A stretch of 64,000 bases of DNA, from contig JAYYZJ010000003.1 of assembly GCA_036340075.1 (NCBI GenBank), positions 31,261 through 95,260 on the forward strand, written 5' to 3'. The translations under genes were made by a program, and so were the position numbers. Numbering within the stretch: the stretch's first letter is position 1; each line of letters begins with the position of its first letter. The notes under the pieces were generated by a model. It was not told the DNA's origin. It was given only the letters and a program-made list of their open reading frames with translations, and did no database searches. The DNA comes from Thermodesulfobacteriota bacterium (GTDB lineage: Bacteria; Desulfobacterota_D; UBA1144). Shown here one piece after another: positions 1 through 9,662 of the stretch.

Positions 1-917
1 ACTGGTGAAATCTTGTTTTTAGAAGAAAGCCCTGAACCGTCACTGATTACAAAGCTTCCTTCATCAAGTTCAATTTTTTTAATCAAAAAATTCTTCACCA
101 GTCTTCTAGAATTTACCCACGAGCCTTCTGTCCTAAAAAAATTAGCGGATAATTTTTTGAATAGATGCTCTGCATATAGATTGTTGCTTTTTTTGTTTAC
201 TACACTAACAATCGTAGAAAGTTGTGATGAGCTTGTTTCGTATTTTATTTTGAATGGGCTTAATTTTCTAATGGTTGGAATCTTTGAGATTTTAATATTT
301 CCATTAAATTTTATATTTTGTCTCCTAAGTTCTTTTTTAAATTTTACACCCAACAAATATAATGGATTATCTGTTAAGTAGACTGTGGAACCTGAAGAGT
401 AATAATTTCCATCAATGGCTATCGAAGATACATACGGTGCCCACACTAATCCTTTCCATTTCATTTTCCAGTCTCGATTATAGTATGGTTTTTCATAGTA
501 ATTACTGTTCAGCACTATATCTCCATCAATCGATTTAACTCCTTGCTTCTTAAAATAAGCAACTGCTTTCTTTAAGTGACTTCTTTTTAGAGTTGGGTCA
601 CCTTTAGTATCGATAAAAAGATCTTGCTTGTATAAACCTGTTTGATTTTTTTTGACCGCTAGAAAAAAAACAGTCTTAAACCTATAGTTCTTTCCTAATA
701 AATGCAGAGAAGTAATTGTGGTAACTATCTTCTGGTTTGATGCAGGAGTAAATTTTTTCTTCCCTTTATAGCTTGCAATAATTTTTCCGTTCGTAATATT
801 CTTAATATAGATACCTAGATTTGGGCTTATTGAGATTTGTCTTGCTATCAATGAGTCTACCGTTTCTGCCATCGAGCAATTACTTGCAAACAGAAAGAAG
901 AACAAAGTATAAATCAT
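1..917 (-). CDS. dacB: D-alanyl-D-alanine carboxypeptidase/endopeptidase (PBP4, peptidase S13), N-terminal part; ORF runs off the window start; alternative in-frame ATG at 947 would overlap the polA stop
   Basis: Minus-strand translation read by eye (absent from the ORF track because it is open-ended): MIYTLFFFLFASNCS...KFTPASNQKIVTTITSLHLLG... The SxxK active-site motif in the PASNQK context is typical of PBP4/DacB (E. coli PASTQKVIT). A signal-peptide-like N-terminus is present. Confidence 0.6.
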   Translation of the reverse strand, partial: MIYTLFFFLFASNCSMAETVDSLIARQISISPNLGIYIKNITNGKIIASYKGKKKFTPASNQKIVTTITSLHLLGKNYRFKTVFFLAVKKNQTGLYKQDLFIDTKGDPTLKRSHLKKAVAYFKKQGVKSIDGDIVLNSNYYEKPYYNRDWKMKWKGLVWAPYVSSIAIDGNYYSSGSTVYLTDNPLYLLGVKFKKELRRQNIKFNGNIKISKIPTIRKLSPFKIKYETSSSQLSTIVSVVNKKSNNLYAEHLFKKLSANFFRTEGSWVNSRRLVKNFLIKKIELDEGSFVISDGSGLSSKNKISP

Positions 918-928
918 GGATGATTTAT

Positions 929-3592
929 TTAATGTGAATCTGCCCATGTTTTACCACTTTTAAGTTCTACCACTAAAGGGACATTTAACTTAATAGAATT
1001 CTCCATATGACTAATTATACGTTCTGAGACATATTCTATCTTATTTTTTTTCACTTCAAATACTAACTCATCATGAACTTGTATTATCATCTTACAATGT
1101 TTTTCAATTGAAAAATCATCATTGATGCATATCATCGATTGTTTGATTACATCAGATGCTGAACCCTGAATAGGGGTATTTATTGCTGCCCTTTCCGCAG
1201 CTGCTCTAAGGGCAAAATTATTCGAATTGATTGTTTCGATATACCGTCTTCGTTTAAGAATTGTTTCAGCATAACCTTTTTGACGAGTTAAATTTTTTAT
1301 TTTTTCAAAAAATTCTTTTACTCCACTATATCGTTCAAAATACTTTTCAATATATTTTCTTGCTGTTTTTGTATCTTGGTTGATTTGCAAAGCTAAACGT
1401 TTAGCTCCTATTCCGTATAGTATTCCAAAATTTATCGTTTTTGCTATTCTTCTTTGTTCCTCACTTACTAGATGCTTTCTTAAATTAAAAATCTCAGAAG
1501 CTGTCTTAGTATGGATATCCTCTCCGCTTTTAAAACTTTTTATCATTTCTTTGTCTTTCGAAAAGTGAGCTAAGAGTCGAAGCTCAATTTGAGAATAATC
1601 TGCGGAAACAATAATCGAGTCTTTATCACTTGAAACGAAAGCTTCTCTTATCCTTTTTCCCTCAGTTGTTTTTATTGGTATATTTTGTAAATTTGGATTA
1701 CTTGAAGAAAGTCTTCCGGTAGCGGTCCCTACATGATTATAAGACGTATGTATTTTCTTTGTATCAGGGAAAACAAGTTCGGGTAATAAATCAAGATATG
1801 TGGATTTAAGTTTAGAGTAAAATCTAAAAAGTAAAATTTCATTTAATACATCATGTTGATTAATAATATTTTGTATAGATTCAGAGTCAGTCGAAAATTC
1901 TCCTTTTTTTGTTTTTTTAAATGGTTTTAAATTTAATTTTTCAAATAATATCTTTCTTAATTGTAAGGGTGAATTGATATTAAACTCTTCATCTACTTGT
2001 TTATATATTTTTTTTTGCGTTTTTTTAATTGAAGTATTGAATTCTTTTGACAAGCTTTTGAGTTTTTTTTGGTCTATTTTGACCCCTTCTTTCTCCATCT
2101 GTGCTAATACATAAATAAATGGAATTTCATATTTACTAAAAAAACTCATCAACTTATTTTCTTTTAATTTTTTGCTGAACAAATAAAACAATCTTAGAGT
2201 AATATCTGCGTCTTCACATGAATAATTAACTGCTGTATCAATTTTCACATCTGAAAACGGGATACTCTTTTTATCGATAGTTGTAACCTCCTTATAAGTT
2301 ATCATCTGGTGGTTAAGAAATCTTCTAGATAAATTATCTAGACTGTATGTCTGCAAAGAGCTATCAAGGAAATGTGCGGCTATCATTGTATCGAAAAAAA
2401 TACCCTTGAGATTTACGCCATATTTAGAAAAAACTATAATTTCATATTTTATATTTTGACCGATTTTCTTAATTTTTTCGTTCTCAAGTATTGGTTTAAG
2501 ATTTTTAATTATATAATCAATTTTAAGCTGATCTATTTCTTCTTTGTGAGATATAGGTATATAAAAACCAGTCTCTTCAATGAAAGAAAAGGATATTCCC
2601 ACTATTTCTGCCTCTATAGGGTTTGGTGATGTAGTTTCTAAATCTAAGGACACAAAATCCGATTTATTTAAATTGGATAATAATTCTTGAAAATCATCAA
2701 TAGTTAATATTGATTTATAATTAGAATTTTCTACTTTTCTATAATTAGTCTTTTGGTCAACAAACGATTCAAATTCTAGCTCTACAAAAAGGTTGTTTAA
2801 GGCTTCTTCGTCTGGCTCTATTATTTTAAAATCTTCCGTTTGAAGGGAAATATTCAAGTCTGTTTTTATTGTCACCAATTCTTTGCTAAGATTTGCTTCT
2901 TCTTGGTAATCCAGTAGAAGATTCCTTATTCGCTCGTTTTCAACCTTATCTAAGTTCTTATAAAGATTTTCTAAGGTCTTGTGTTTCCCAAGCAATCCTT
3001 CAGCTGTTTTAGGACCTATTCCCTTAACTCCTGGAATATTATCTATCGAGTCTCCAACCAAAGAAAAGAAATCTATCATTTGCTTTGGACTTAATCCATA
3101 TTTTTTTACAACTTCATCGACCGAGGTAGTTCTGTTCCTCATTGTATCAATCATTGTAACTTTTGAATCAATCAATTGAGTAAAATCTTTATCGCCTGAA
3201 AGGATGATAATGTTATGTTTTGACTTAAATTTCTTAACTAGTGAGCCTATTACATCATCAGCCTCATAATTTTCCATGGACAACACTCTAACTCCTTTTG
3301 CTTTCAAGAAATCTATAATTATTGGAAATTGTAAAGAGATGTCTTCAGGTGCTTCTCCTCTATTCGCTTTATATTCATCAAAGATATCATTCCTAAAGGA
3401 TTTACCACCTGAATCAAAGACTGCAGCAAAGTAGTCTGGTTTAGTTTCTTCAAGCAATTTGTTAATCATGGTTACAAAACCAAAAATTGCATTCGTAGGG
3501 AACCCTTTAGAGTTCTCTAGGTAGTTTATTGCATGATATGCTCGGAATACATAAGAGCTAGCATCTAATATAAAAAAGTTTTTTGAGCTCAT
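929..3592 (-). CDS. polA: DNA polymerase I
   Basis: 887 aa. N-terminal 5'-3' exonuclease region and central 3'-5' exonuclease region. Polymerase motif A DYSQIELR, motif [16 protein letters not shown], motif [10 protein letters not shown]. Confidence 0.95.
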   Translation of the reverse strand: MSSKNFFILDASSYVFRAYHAINYLENSKGFPTNAIFGFVTMINKLLEETKPDYFAAVFDSGGKSFRNDIFDEYKANRGEAPEDISLQFPIIIDFLKAKGVRVLSMENYEADDVIGSLVKKFKSKHNIIILSGDKDFTQLIDSKVTMIDTMRNRTTSVDEVVKKYGLSPKQMIDFFSLVGDSIDNIPGVKGIGPKTAEGLLGKHKTLENLYKNLDKVENERIRNLLLDYQEEANLSKELVTIKTDLNISLQTEDFKIIEPDEEALNNLFVELEFESFVDQKTNYRKVENSNYKSILTIDDFQELLSNLNKSDFVSLDLETTSPNPIEAEIVGISFSFIEETGFYIPISHKEEIDQLKIDYIIKNLKPILENEKIKKIGQNIKYEIIVFSKYGVNLKGIFFDTMIAAHFLDSSLQTYSLDNLSRRFLNHQMITYKEVTTIDKKSIPFSDVKIDTAVNYSCEDADITLRLFYLFSKKLKENKLMSFFSKYEIPFIYVLAQMEKEGVKIDQKKLKSLSKEFNTSIKKTQKKIYKQVDEEFNINSPLQLRKILFEKLNLKPFKKTKKGEFSTDSESIQNIINQHDVLNEILLFRFYSKLKSTYLDLLPELVFPDTKKIHTSYNHVGTATGRLSSSNPNLQNIPIKTTEGKRIREAFVSSDKDSIIVSADYSQIELRLLAHFSKDKEMIKSFKSGEDIHTKTASEIFNLRKHLVSEEQRRIAKTINFGILYGIGAKRLALQINQDTKTARKYIEKYFERYSGVKEFFEKIKNLTRQKGYAETILKRRRYIETINSNNFALRAAAERAAINTPIQGSASDVIKQSMICINDDFSIEKHCKMIIQVHDELVFEVKKNKIEYVSERIISHMENSIKLNVPLVVELKSGKTWADSH

Positions 3593-3903
3593 TCAAGATT
3601 AAGCTTCTTTGCTAATTCCCCATTTTCAAACATTTCAATACAGATATCACATCCTCCTAGAAATTCTCCATCAACATAAAGCTGAGGAAGTGTAGGCCAA
3701 TTAGAAAATTCTTTAATAGATGAGCGAAGCTCTGGATCAGCTAGAACATCAAAAGTCTTATATTCTATGTTGAAAGTATTAAGAATTTGAACAACTTGTG
3801 AAGAAAAGCCACACATGGGCATCTCTGGTGTACCTTTCATAAATAAAACAATTTTATTCTCTGCTATTGATTTAGCTATCAAATCTTTAATCTCTTCGGA
3901 CAT
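3589..3903 (-). CDS. grxD: monothiol glutaredoxin (Grx4/GrxD type)
   Basis: 104 aa with the CGFS active site ([10 protein letters not shown]) and [18 protein letters not shown]. Overlaps the polA start by 4 nt (ATGA). Confidence 0.9.
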   Translation of the reverse strand: MSEEIKDLIAKSIAENKIVLFMKGTPEMPMCGFSSQVVQILNTFNIEYKTFDVLADPELRSSIKEFSNWPTLPQLYVDGEFLGGCDICIEMFENGELAKKLNLE

Positions 3904-3912
3904 AATCTCCTC

Positions 3913-4167
3913 TTAAGTATCCAACTCTTTTGGAGAAAGAGTTTTCATTGATAGTGCATGGATATCTTCTGCCATGTCACTGCCTAATACTGAATATATA
4001 ATTTTATGTCTTTCGAGAGTAGATTTTCCTTCAAAAATAGGGCTAATAATCACTGCCTCAAAATGAACACCATCTCCCTTAACATCAGCTTTTGTTTCAG
4101 GAATAGAGGATTCTATTTTCTCTTTTATATACTCAACATCCATCGCAATATAATTATTATAATACAA
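3913..4167 (-). CDS. bolA: BolA-family protein (likely true start at the internal Met MDVEYIKE, about 4143)
   Basis: DGVHFEAVIISPIFEGKSTLERHKIIYSVL matches the BolA fold signature (HF...S..F.G.....RH..VY). Lies immediately upstream of the CGFS glutaredoxin. Confidence 0.75.
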   Translation of the reverse strand: MYYNNYIAMDVEYIKEKIESSIPETKADVKGDGVHFEAVIISPIFEGKSTLERHKIIYSVLGSDMAEDIHALSMKTLSPKELDT

Positions 4168-4184
4168 TTCCGTATGCTATCAAT

Positions 4185-5432
4185 TTAATAAATTAAACCA
4201 AAAAAGTTTAGTAGGAAAAAGATAAGAAAAATACTCAAGAAGAGCAATCCCGATAAAGAGAGAGTCTTTAAAACTTTATTTGGTCTAAATTCTAGAGGAA
4301 AATCTTTGTTGAAAATTAATTTATGATTGAGAAATGCTAAGAAGGGTGCCGTAACAAAGGAAAGAATGGTTGCCAAATCAACTAAATATTTCATTCTTTT
4401 CCCTATATAAAAGATTGTGATTAAGGTCCCAACAACTACAAAAAATAATAAGATTTTTTTGTAATCCTTTTCCTTTGAATTTGAAGTATTTTTAATAACA
4501 TTAATACTTTTGCTTAGAACCCTTGGAAAGGCGTCGAGACAAGTAATAGTAGTGCTAAACATAGTAGTGAATGCTGTAAGTAGAATTATATTTCTAGACC
4601 AATCTCCTAAAGAAGCATAAAGTTGAACAAGTTGATTTACAAATGTTGTTGCACTGGGTGCAAATTCTTCTCCACTTCCATAAAAAACATTCGCTCCTAA
4701 TATTAAAAAAAGAACAGCAAGTAGAGAAGTTGTAATATAAGAAATATTAAAATCTAAAAAATTATCTTTATAAGAAAAGGATTCATTATGATTCCTCTTT
4801 TCCATTATCCAAATTGATGACCAAGCAGATAAGTCAATTGGTGACGGCATCCAGCCAATTAATGCAATAATAAAAGTAAGTCCAACTGATGAGAGAATTT
4901 CGGGTTGGATGAAATCTATCGAAGGGACCACCGTTATTTGATTTGTTAGACACACAGAGACTAAAGTTGATATTACAAGTATTAAAATAAGAAATTTTAC
5001 GAAAATATCAAAGTATTTTCTATTAACAAAGAGTATGATAAAACTGCAAAGAGATAGAATGATTAAAGAAGTTAAAAAGAAATCGGAATCGAGATTTAAC
5101 CAATTTTGAAGAATCGCAGCAGTGACTCTTGTTACTCCTGCTTGAATAGTGAACATAGTAGAAATAGTTAGTGCAACAAACAAATAGATTGCCCACTTTC
5201 CGATCTTTCTATATCCATCCAAGACCGTTTCATTCTTAACGACGGTATATCTTGTAGCAAATTCAAAGAAAGGATATTTAAAAAAGTTAGCCAAAATAAC
5301 GGTGAGAATTAAGATGTAACCATAAGTTGCTCCAGCTCTAGTTGATTGAACTATATGAGAAACACCTATTGCTGCAGATGCCCACAATATACTAGGACCA
5401 AGCCTGTTAATTAATTGTAAAATATTATTCAT
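4185..5432 (-). CDS. NRAMP-family divalent metal cation transporter (MntH-like, short form)
   Basis: 415 aa polytopic membrane protein. The N-terminus GPSILWASAAIGVSHIVQSTRAGATYGY fits the Nramp signature GP.......D.GN......AGA.FGY, followed by EFATRYTVV, which is similar to QELAARLGVVTG. Confidence 0.6.
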   Translation of the reverse strand: MNNILQLINRLGPSILWASAAIGVSHIVQSTRAGATYGYILILTVILANFFKYPFFEFATRYTVVKNETVLDGYRKIGKWAIYLFVALTISTMFTIQAGVTRVTAAILQNWLNLDSDFFLTSLIILSLCSFIILFVNRKYFDIFVKFLILILVISTLVSVCLTNQITVVPSIDFIQPEILSSVGLTFIIALIGWMPSPIDLSAWSSIWIMEKRNHNESFSYKDNFLDFNISYITTSLLAVLFLILGANVFYGSGEEFAPSATTFVNQLVQLYASLGDWSRNIILLTAFTTMFSTTITCLDAFPRVLSKSINVIKNTSNSKEKDYKKILLFFVVVGTLITIFYIGKRMKYLVDLATILSFVTAPFLAFLNHKLIFNKDFPLEFRPNKVLKTLSLSGLLFLSIFLIFFLLNFFGLIY

Positions 5433-5500
5433 AAATCTAGATTATTATATTTTTTTTTAGTTAAAATTAAAGCTATAAATTAATAAAGCAAGGAGGCGGT

Positions 5501-6451
5501 ATGACAGATTGTGCAATAATTGGTTCGGGAATCAGTGGTACATTCGCGGCTTTGTATTTTAAAAGGTTTGGCATAAGTAATATATCAATTTTTGATAAAT
5601 CACGAGGAGTAGGAGGAAGGCTAGCAACTAGAAGAATAGAAAATGGGAAGTTTGATCATGGTGCACAGTATCTCAATATAGAGGAAATAAGACATGTTCC
5701 TGAGATAGTTAGTCTAATAAAAAACAAAATTATTTTTAAATGGGGGGAAATGGATCGATATGTGGCAGAGGAAGGAATGACGAATATAAGCAAATTTTTA
5801 CTCTCTGATTTAGATGTAAAAAAGGAACATAAACTTCTACGTATTAACAACTTAGATGATAAAATTGAATTAGTCTTTGAAAACGGTGAAACTTTTTATT
5901 CGAAATCAATAATTTTTTCATGTCCAATACCCCAAACTATAGAAATCCTTGAAAATAGTAAAATTAAAGTAAAAGAATCCTCCTTTAATAAGCTAAAAAA
6001 GATTGAATACAATCCTTGCATCGTTATTTTAATAGAAGGAAAAACAAGGGCTGATAGTTTGGAAGAAGATTTTGGTCAAAATTTTTCTTCGGGGAATATA
6101 TCCTGGATTGCTGATAATAATAAGAAGAGAATATCGGAACGAAATAATTTTTTTACTGTTCAATGTTCTAGTGATTTTAGTCAATTAAATATTGATAAAA
6201 ATTATGATGAGATTGCTTCTTTAATAGATAAAGATTTAAGAAATATTTTTACAGATGAATATAAGATTTTATCAAACCATAAATGGCGATATTCTACACC
6301 AAAAACATTCTACAAAAATGAACTAAGTATCGATGTTGGGAAAAATATTTTTATTGGAATATGTGGTGATGCTTTCACAAATGGGAAATTTGATGGTGCA
6401 GTAAAATCTGGAATTAATATTGTTACTAAATATTTAGATAGATATCGTTAG
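5501..6451 (+). CDS. FAD/NAD(P)-binding oxidoreductase, renalase-like amine oxidoreductase family
   Basis: N-terminal Rossmann motif IIGSGISGTFAALYF, then DKSRGVGGRLATRR...DHGAQY, which resembles the renalase/flavin amine oxidase N-terminus. AAGGAGG SD sits 6 nt upstream. Its 3' end overlaps convergent umuC by 18 nt. Confidence 0.55.
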   Translation: MTDCAIIGSGISGTFAALYFKRFGISNISIFDKSRGVGGRLATRRIENGKFDHGAQYLNIEEIRHVPEIVSLIKNKIIFKWGEMDRYVAEEGMTNISKFLLSDLDVKKEHKLLRINNLDDKIELVFENGETFYSKSIIFSCPIPQTIEILENSKIKVKESSFNKLKKIEYNPCIVILIEGKTRADSLEEDFGQNFSSGNISWIADNNKKRISERNNFFTVQCSSDFSQLNIDKNYDEIASLIDKDLRNIFTDEYKILSNHKWRYSTPKTFYKNELSIDVGKNIFIGICGDAFTNGKFDGAVKSGINIVTKYLDRYR

Positions 6452-7702
6452 AAGCTCGTTCCAATTTGTAGTAAAATGTTTTGATTTTTTAGTCCTCTTA
6501 GTTATCCAAGCCTGGTTAACACCAGTAATGCTGTATTTAAGAGTATTTTTTCCGTAATGATTATTAATCTTATCAATGACTTTCATTAACCTCTCTTCTT
6601 TGTCTATCAATTCCAAATTATCATTAAATGTGAATTGTTTGAAATTTGAGTCTTGGATTTCAGCTAAAAACACATGTCCTTTTTTATATAAGAGACCTTT
6701 TTTAAAAATCTTCTTAAGTATGTTAATTCCATGATGAATCAATGTAGAAGTAGAGTTAGTCGATTGTTCTAGTAGAATTGTGTCATGCAAAAATATATAT
6801 CCTAAATTGCTATCAAATTTGTTAGTTGAAATAGCAACGGTAATCCTAGAGCATAGTGAATCTTGCTCTCTTAGTTTCTCTGCAGCCCGTGATATATATG
6901 TTGATATTGCTTCTTCAAGTAAATTAAAATCTAGAACTCCTGAAGCAAATGCCCTAGAAGTAATTATTTGTTTCTTGTTAGGTTCTGCATATTTTAATTC
7001 TATACATGGAAAACCGTTTAATTCCATTACTGTCTTGAGCACATTAATACTTGTTTTTTTTCGTATCCATTTATAATCAACCTCCTTTAATTCAAGAGCA
7101 TTGCTTATTCCGTTGCTCGTAAGAAATTCATTTAGTCTATTACCAATTCCCCAAATCTCTCCAACTTCTACGTCTTTCAAGATAGGTTCTATAAGCTTGT
7201 CGTCATTTACTAGAGTGCTAATTCCGGCTTCTTTCTTTGCTATTTTATTTGCAACTTTTGCTAAAGTCTTGGTCGTCGATATCCCTATAGATACTGGGAT
7301 TCCTGTCCATTTCAATATTCTCTCTCTAAGTTTATTGAATTCTTCAATAATAGATTTTTCATTCGAATGTGCAAAATAAACAAATGCTTCATCTATTGAG
7401 TAAATTTCGGTCTTAGGAAAAGAATCTCTTATTATGGTCATTACTCTGCTAGACATATCAGCGTAGAGAGTGTAGTTCGAGGAAAATACTTGTACATTAT
7501 TTTTTTCGATTATTGGCTTACATTTAAAAAATGGCTCGCCCATTCTGATTCCTAGTCTCTTAGCTTCGTTAGACCTTGCGATTATACATCCATCATTATT
7601 GGAAAGAATAATTAATGGCTTATTCCTTAGTGTTGGGTTAAAGACCTGTTCGCAAGAAGCATAAAAATTATTACAATCAATTAAAGCTACATATTGTTTC
7701 AT
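6434..7702 (-). CDS. umuC: Y-family DNA polymerase UmuC (Pol V catalytic subunit); ORF-track start 7741 is over-extended, true start MKQYVAL
   Basis: MKQYVALIDCNNFYASCEQVFNPTLRNKPLIILSNNDGCIIARSNEAKRLGIRMGEPFF...FSSNYTLYADMSSRVM..EIYSIDEAF aligns closely with the E. coli UmuC N-terminus. Confidence 0.85.
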   Translation of the reverse strand: MKQYVALIDCNNFYASCEQVFNPTLRNKPLIILSNNDGCIIARSNEAKRLGIRMGEPFFKCKPIIEKNNVQVFSSNYTLYADMSSRVMTIIRDSFPKTEIYSIDEAFVYFAHSNEKSIIEEFNKLRERILKWTGIPVSIGISTTKTLAKVANKIAKKEAGISTLVNDDKLIEPILKDVEVGEIWGIGNRLNEFLTSNGISNALELKEVDYKWIRKKTSINVLKTVMELNGFPCIELKYAEPNKKQIITSRAFASGVLDFNLLEEAISTYISRAAEKLREQDSLCSRITVAISTNKFDSNLGYIFLHDTILLEQSTNSTSTLIHHGINILKKIFKKGLLYKKGHVFLAEIQDSNFKQFTFNDNLELIDKEERLMKVIDKINNHYGKNTLKYSITGVNQAWITKRTKKSKHFTTNWNELLTISI

Positions 7703-7704
7703 GG

Positions 7705-8163
7705 CTAAGCTTGGTGGATGATGTAGGTAACAACACCCCATGTATCAAAATCCATTTCTTCTGTTATTTCAATCTTCTTGAAACTCTTATTCTCAGGATG
7801 AAGAAATATTCTTTGGTTTCTTATCGAAATTCTTTTTACAGTTAGCTCTCCATTAATTAGTGCTATTACTATGTTTCCATCTTTAACTTCTATAGCCCTA
7901 TCTACAATTAGAGTATCTCCTGATTCGATTCTTGCATTTACCATTGAGTCACCTTCAACCTTAACAAAGAATGTAGCCGCAGGATTCTTTATAAGTAGCT
8001 CATTAAGATCAAGATTTTTTTCTATATAGTCATCTCCTGGTGAAGGAAAACCAGCTTGTACCCTTGCAATAAAAAGTGGCAATTTTTTTGCGCCGTGTCT
8101 TTTTTCTATTGGTCTAATCTCAGATACTAGCAATCCTGATTTTCTGGCAGAAGACATAGACAT
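7705..8163 (-). CDS. umuD: UmuD, LexA-like S24 self-cleaving subunit of Pol V
   Basis: 152 aa. Putative cleavage site VQAGFPSP (Ala-Gly), Ser nucleophile in GDSM and Lys in LTVKRI. The stop lies 2 nt before the umuC start, so the two genes form an operon. Confidence 0.8.
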   Translation of the reverse strand: MSMSSARKSGLLVSEIRPIEKRHGAKKLPLFIARVQAGFPSPGDDYIEKNLDLNELLIKNPAATFFVKVEGDSMVNARIESGDTLIVDRAIEVKDGNIVIALINGELTVKRISIRNQRIFLHPENKSFKKIEITEEMDFDTWGVVTYIIHQA

Positions 8164-8185
8164 AATTATACCGAACTACAGCAAA

Positions 8186-8563
8186 CTATTTTGATAATCG
8201 TGCCTTCACAAAGAAAGTAATAGCAGCAATAAAATATGGGACGAGTATTAATGCCATTAACGCTCTATATAAAGCTGCTAATGGTCTGGCTAGCTTGTCA
8301 CATCCCTCTACAACTTCACATGAAAGAAGTAAAGGTATGGTTGATAGAGAAGTTATACTTCCGGCAAGACCTATTACTACAACAACAATCGCTATGTGAA
8401 TAAATTTTCTTCTTCTTTCTGTTTTTAAAGCAAGTACTCCGCACAAAGTGATTAATAATCCTATGAATGCTGGAATAAGAACAGTAACTGTATTATATGA
8501 TAAGTACCCAGAAGCTCCTAGAAATATTAGCAAGAGTCCTGTCACTATTGTGTATCTTGGCAT
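8186..8563 (-). CDS. small hypothetical membrane protein with 4 predicted TM segments
   Basis: 125 aa, hydrophobic segments throughout, no recognisable motif. Lies immediately upstream of umuD on the same strand. Confidence 0.35.
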   Translation of the reverse strand: MPRYTIVTGLLLIFLGASGYLSYNTVTVLIPAFIGLLITLCGVLALKTERRRKFIHIAIVVVVIGLAGSITSLSTIPLLLSCEVVEGCDKLARPLAALYRALMALILVPYFIAAITFFVKARLSK

Positions 8564-8596
8564 AAATACCTCCTAATTAATCAAGATTATGTTTTG

Positions 8597-8668
8597 CTCC
8601 GGAGGAGGGATTTGAACCCCCGACCAAGTGATTAACAGTCACCTGCTCTGCCGCTGAGCTACTCCGGA
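8597..8668 (-). tRNA. tRNA-Asn (anticodon GTT)
   Basis: Reverse complement TCCGGAGTAGCTCAGCGGCAGAGCAGGTGACTGTTAATCACTTGGTCGGGGGTTCAAATCCCTCCTCCGGAG. Cloverleaf has a 7-bp acceptor stem, D stem GCTC/GAGC, anticodon stem GGTGA/TCACT with loop CTGTTAA, and a TTCAAAT T-loop. Confidence 0.85.
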
Positions 8669-8762
8669 ATATAAGATTATGAATTTAATGTAAATGGGGA
8701 CTACAGTCAAGCAGACTTTAGGGAATTGGAATCATAAAAGTATAAAAGTATAATCAACATTA

Positions 8763-9662
8763 ATGGATAAGAAGAAAAAGAAGAAACCGCAGATTATTAA
8801 TCAAAATTCTAATTTGCCTGTACCAGCCAATTCCCTTGAGAAATATTTAACTGAAATAAGTAATTATCATATTTTATCCAGAGAAGAAGAGTATGATTTT
8901 GCAACTAAATACAGGGAATCCGGGGATATTGAAGCAGCTAGAAAGCTAATTACTTCAAATTTAAGATTTGTTGTAAAAATTGCCACAGAATATAAGAACT
9001 ATGGATTAAATCTTATGGATATAATTCAGGAAGGAAATCTTGGACTAATGCAAGCAGTTACAAAATTTGACCCCACAAAAAGATACAGATTAATTTCCTA
9101 TGGTGTTTGGTGGATTAGAGCATATATTCAGAACTTTATAATGAAAAATTGGAGTCTTGTTAAAATAGGTACAACTCAATCTCAACGAAAATTATTTTAT
9201 AAAATTAGATCTGCAAAAAGCTTATATAATGCCGGAGACATTTCTCAAGATGAATATTATCAAAGATTATCTGAAGACTTAAAAATATCTATAAAAGAGA
9301 TTAAAGAAATGGATATAAGAATGGGAGGAAAAGATTTCTCTTTAGATGAGGAGATTAAAGCAGGGGAACATCAAACAAAAATTGAATTTTTAGAATCAGG
9401 AAATCAAAACCAAGAAGATATTGTTTTAAAACAAGAACAAAATGAAGAATTGAATAGTGCTTTAACTGAAGCATTAGATATCTTAAATGATCGGGAAAAA
9501 TACATAATACAAAATAGAATAATTTCTGAAGACCAACTAACCCTTGAAGAAATAGGAGAAAAATTTAAAATTTCACGTGAAAGAGTAAGACAAATAGAAA
9601 AAACTGCTATAAGTAAAATTAAAAAAATTCTTTTAAAAAGAAATATTAAAGCAGACTTTTGA
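8763..9662 (+). CDS. rpoH: RNA polymerase sigma-32 factor RpoH
   Basis: 299 aa. Region 2 LRFVVKIATEYKNYGL..DIIQEGNLGLMQAVTKFDP, RpoH box QRKLFYKIR, and region 4 LTLEEIGEKFKISRERVRQIE. Confidence 0.9.
   Translation: MDKKKKKKPQIINQNSNLPVPANSLEKYLTEISNYHILSREEEYDFATKYRESGDIEAARKLITSNLRFVVKIATEYKNYGLNLMDIIQEGNLGLMQAVTKFDPTKRYRLISYGVWWIRAYIQNFIMKNWSLVKIGTTQSQRKLFYKIRSAKSLYNAGDISQDEYYQRLSEDLKISIKEIKEMDIRMGGKDFSLDEEIKAGEHQTKIEFLESGNQNQEDIVLKQEQNEELNSALTEALDILNDREKYIIQNRIISEDQLTLEEIGEKFKISRERVRQIEKTAISKIKKILLKRNIKADF

Noticed and set aside
13-381. 122-aa plus-strand ORF at the window start
   Set aside because: It lies entirely inside the minus-strand PBP4/dacB-like reading frame, which has clear homology (SxxK motif). 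It is low complexity with no motif.
8164-8240. Searched for a LexA/SOS box upstream of umuD
   Set aside because: No CTGT-N8-ACAG, GAAC-N4-GTTC or GTTC-N7-GTTC palindrome was found. Only a TATAAT-like element lies directly before the ATG. The regulator site may lie further upstream or follow an unfamiliar consensus.
8733-8753. Tandem ATAAAAGT repeats with a TATAAT ending 10 nt before the rpoH ATG, as a promoter
   Set aside because: That spacing would give a near-leaderless transcript with no SD. It could be real, but it is equally likely an incidental AT-rich repeat. The true promoter may be further upstream.
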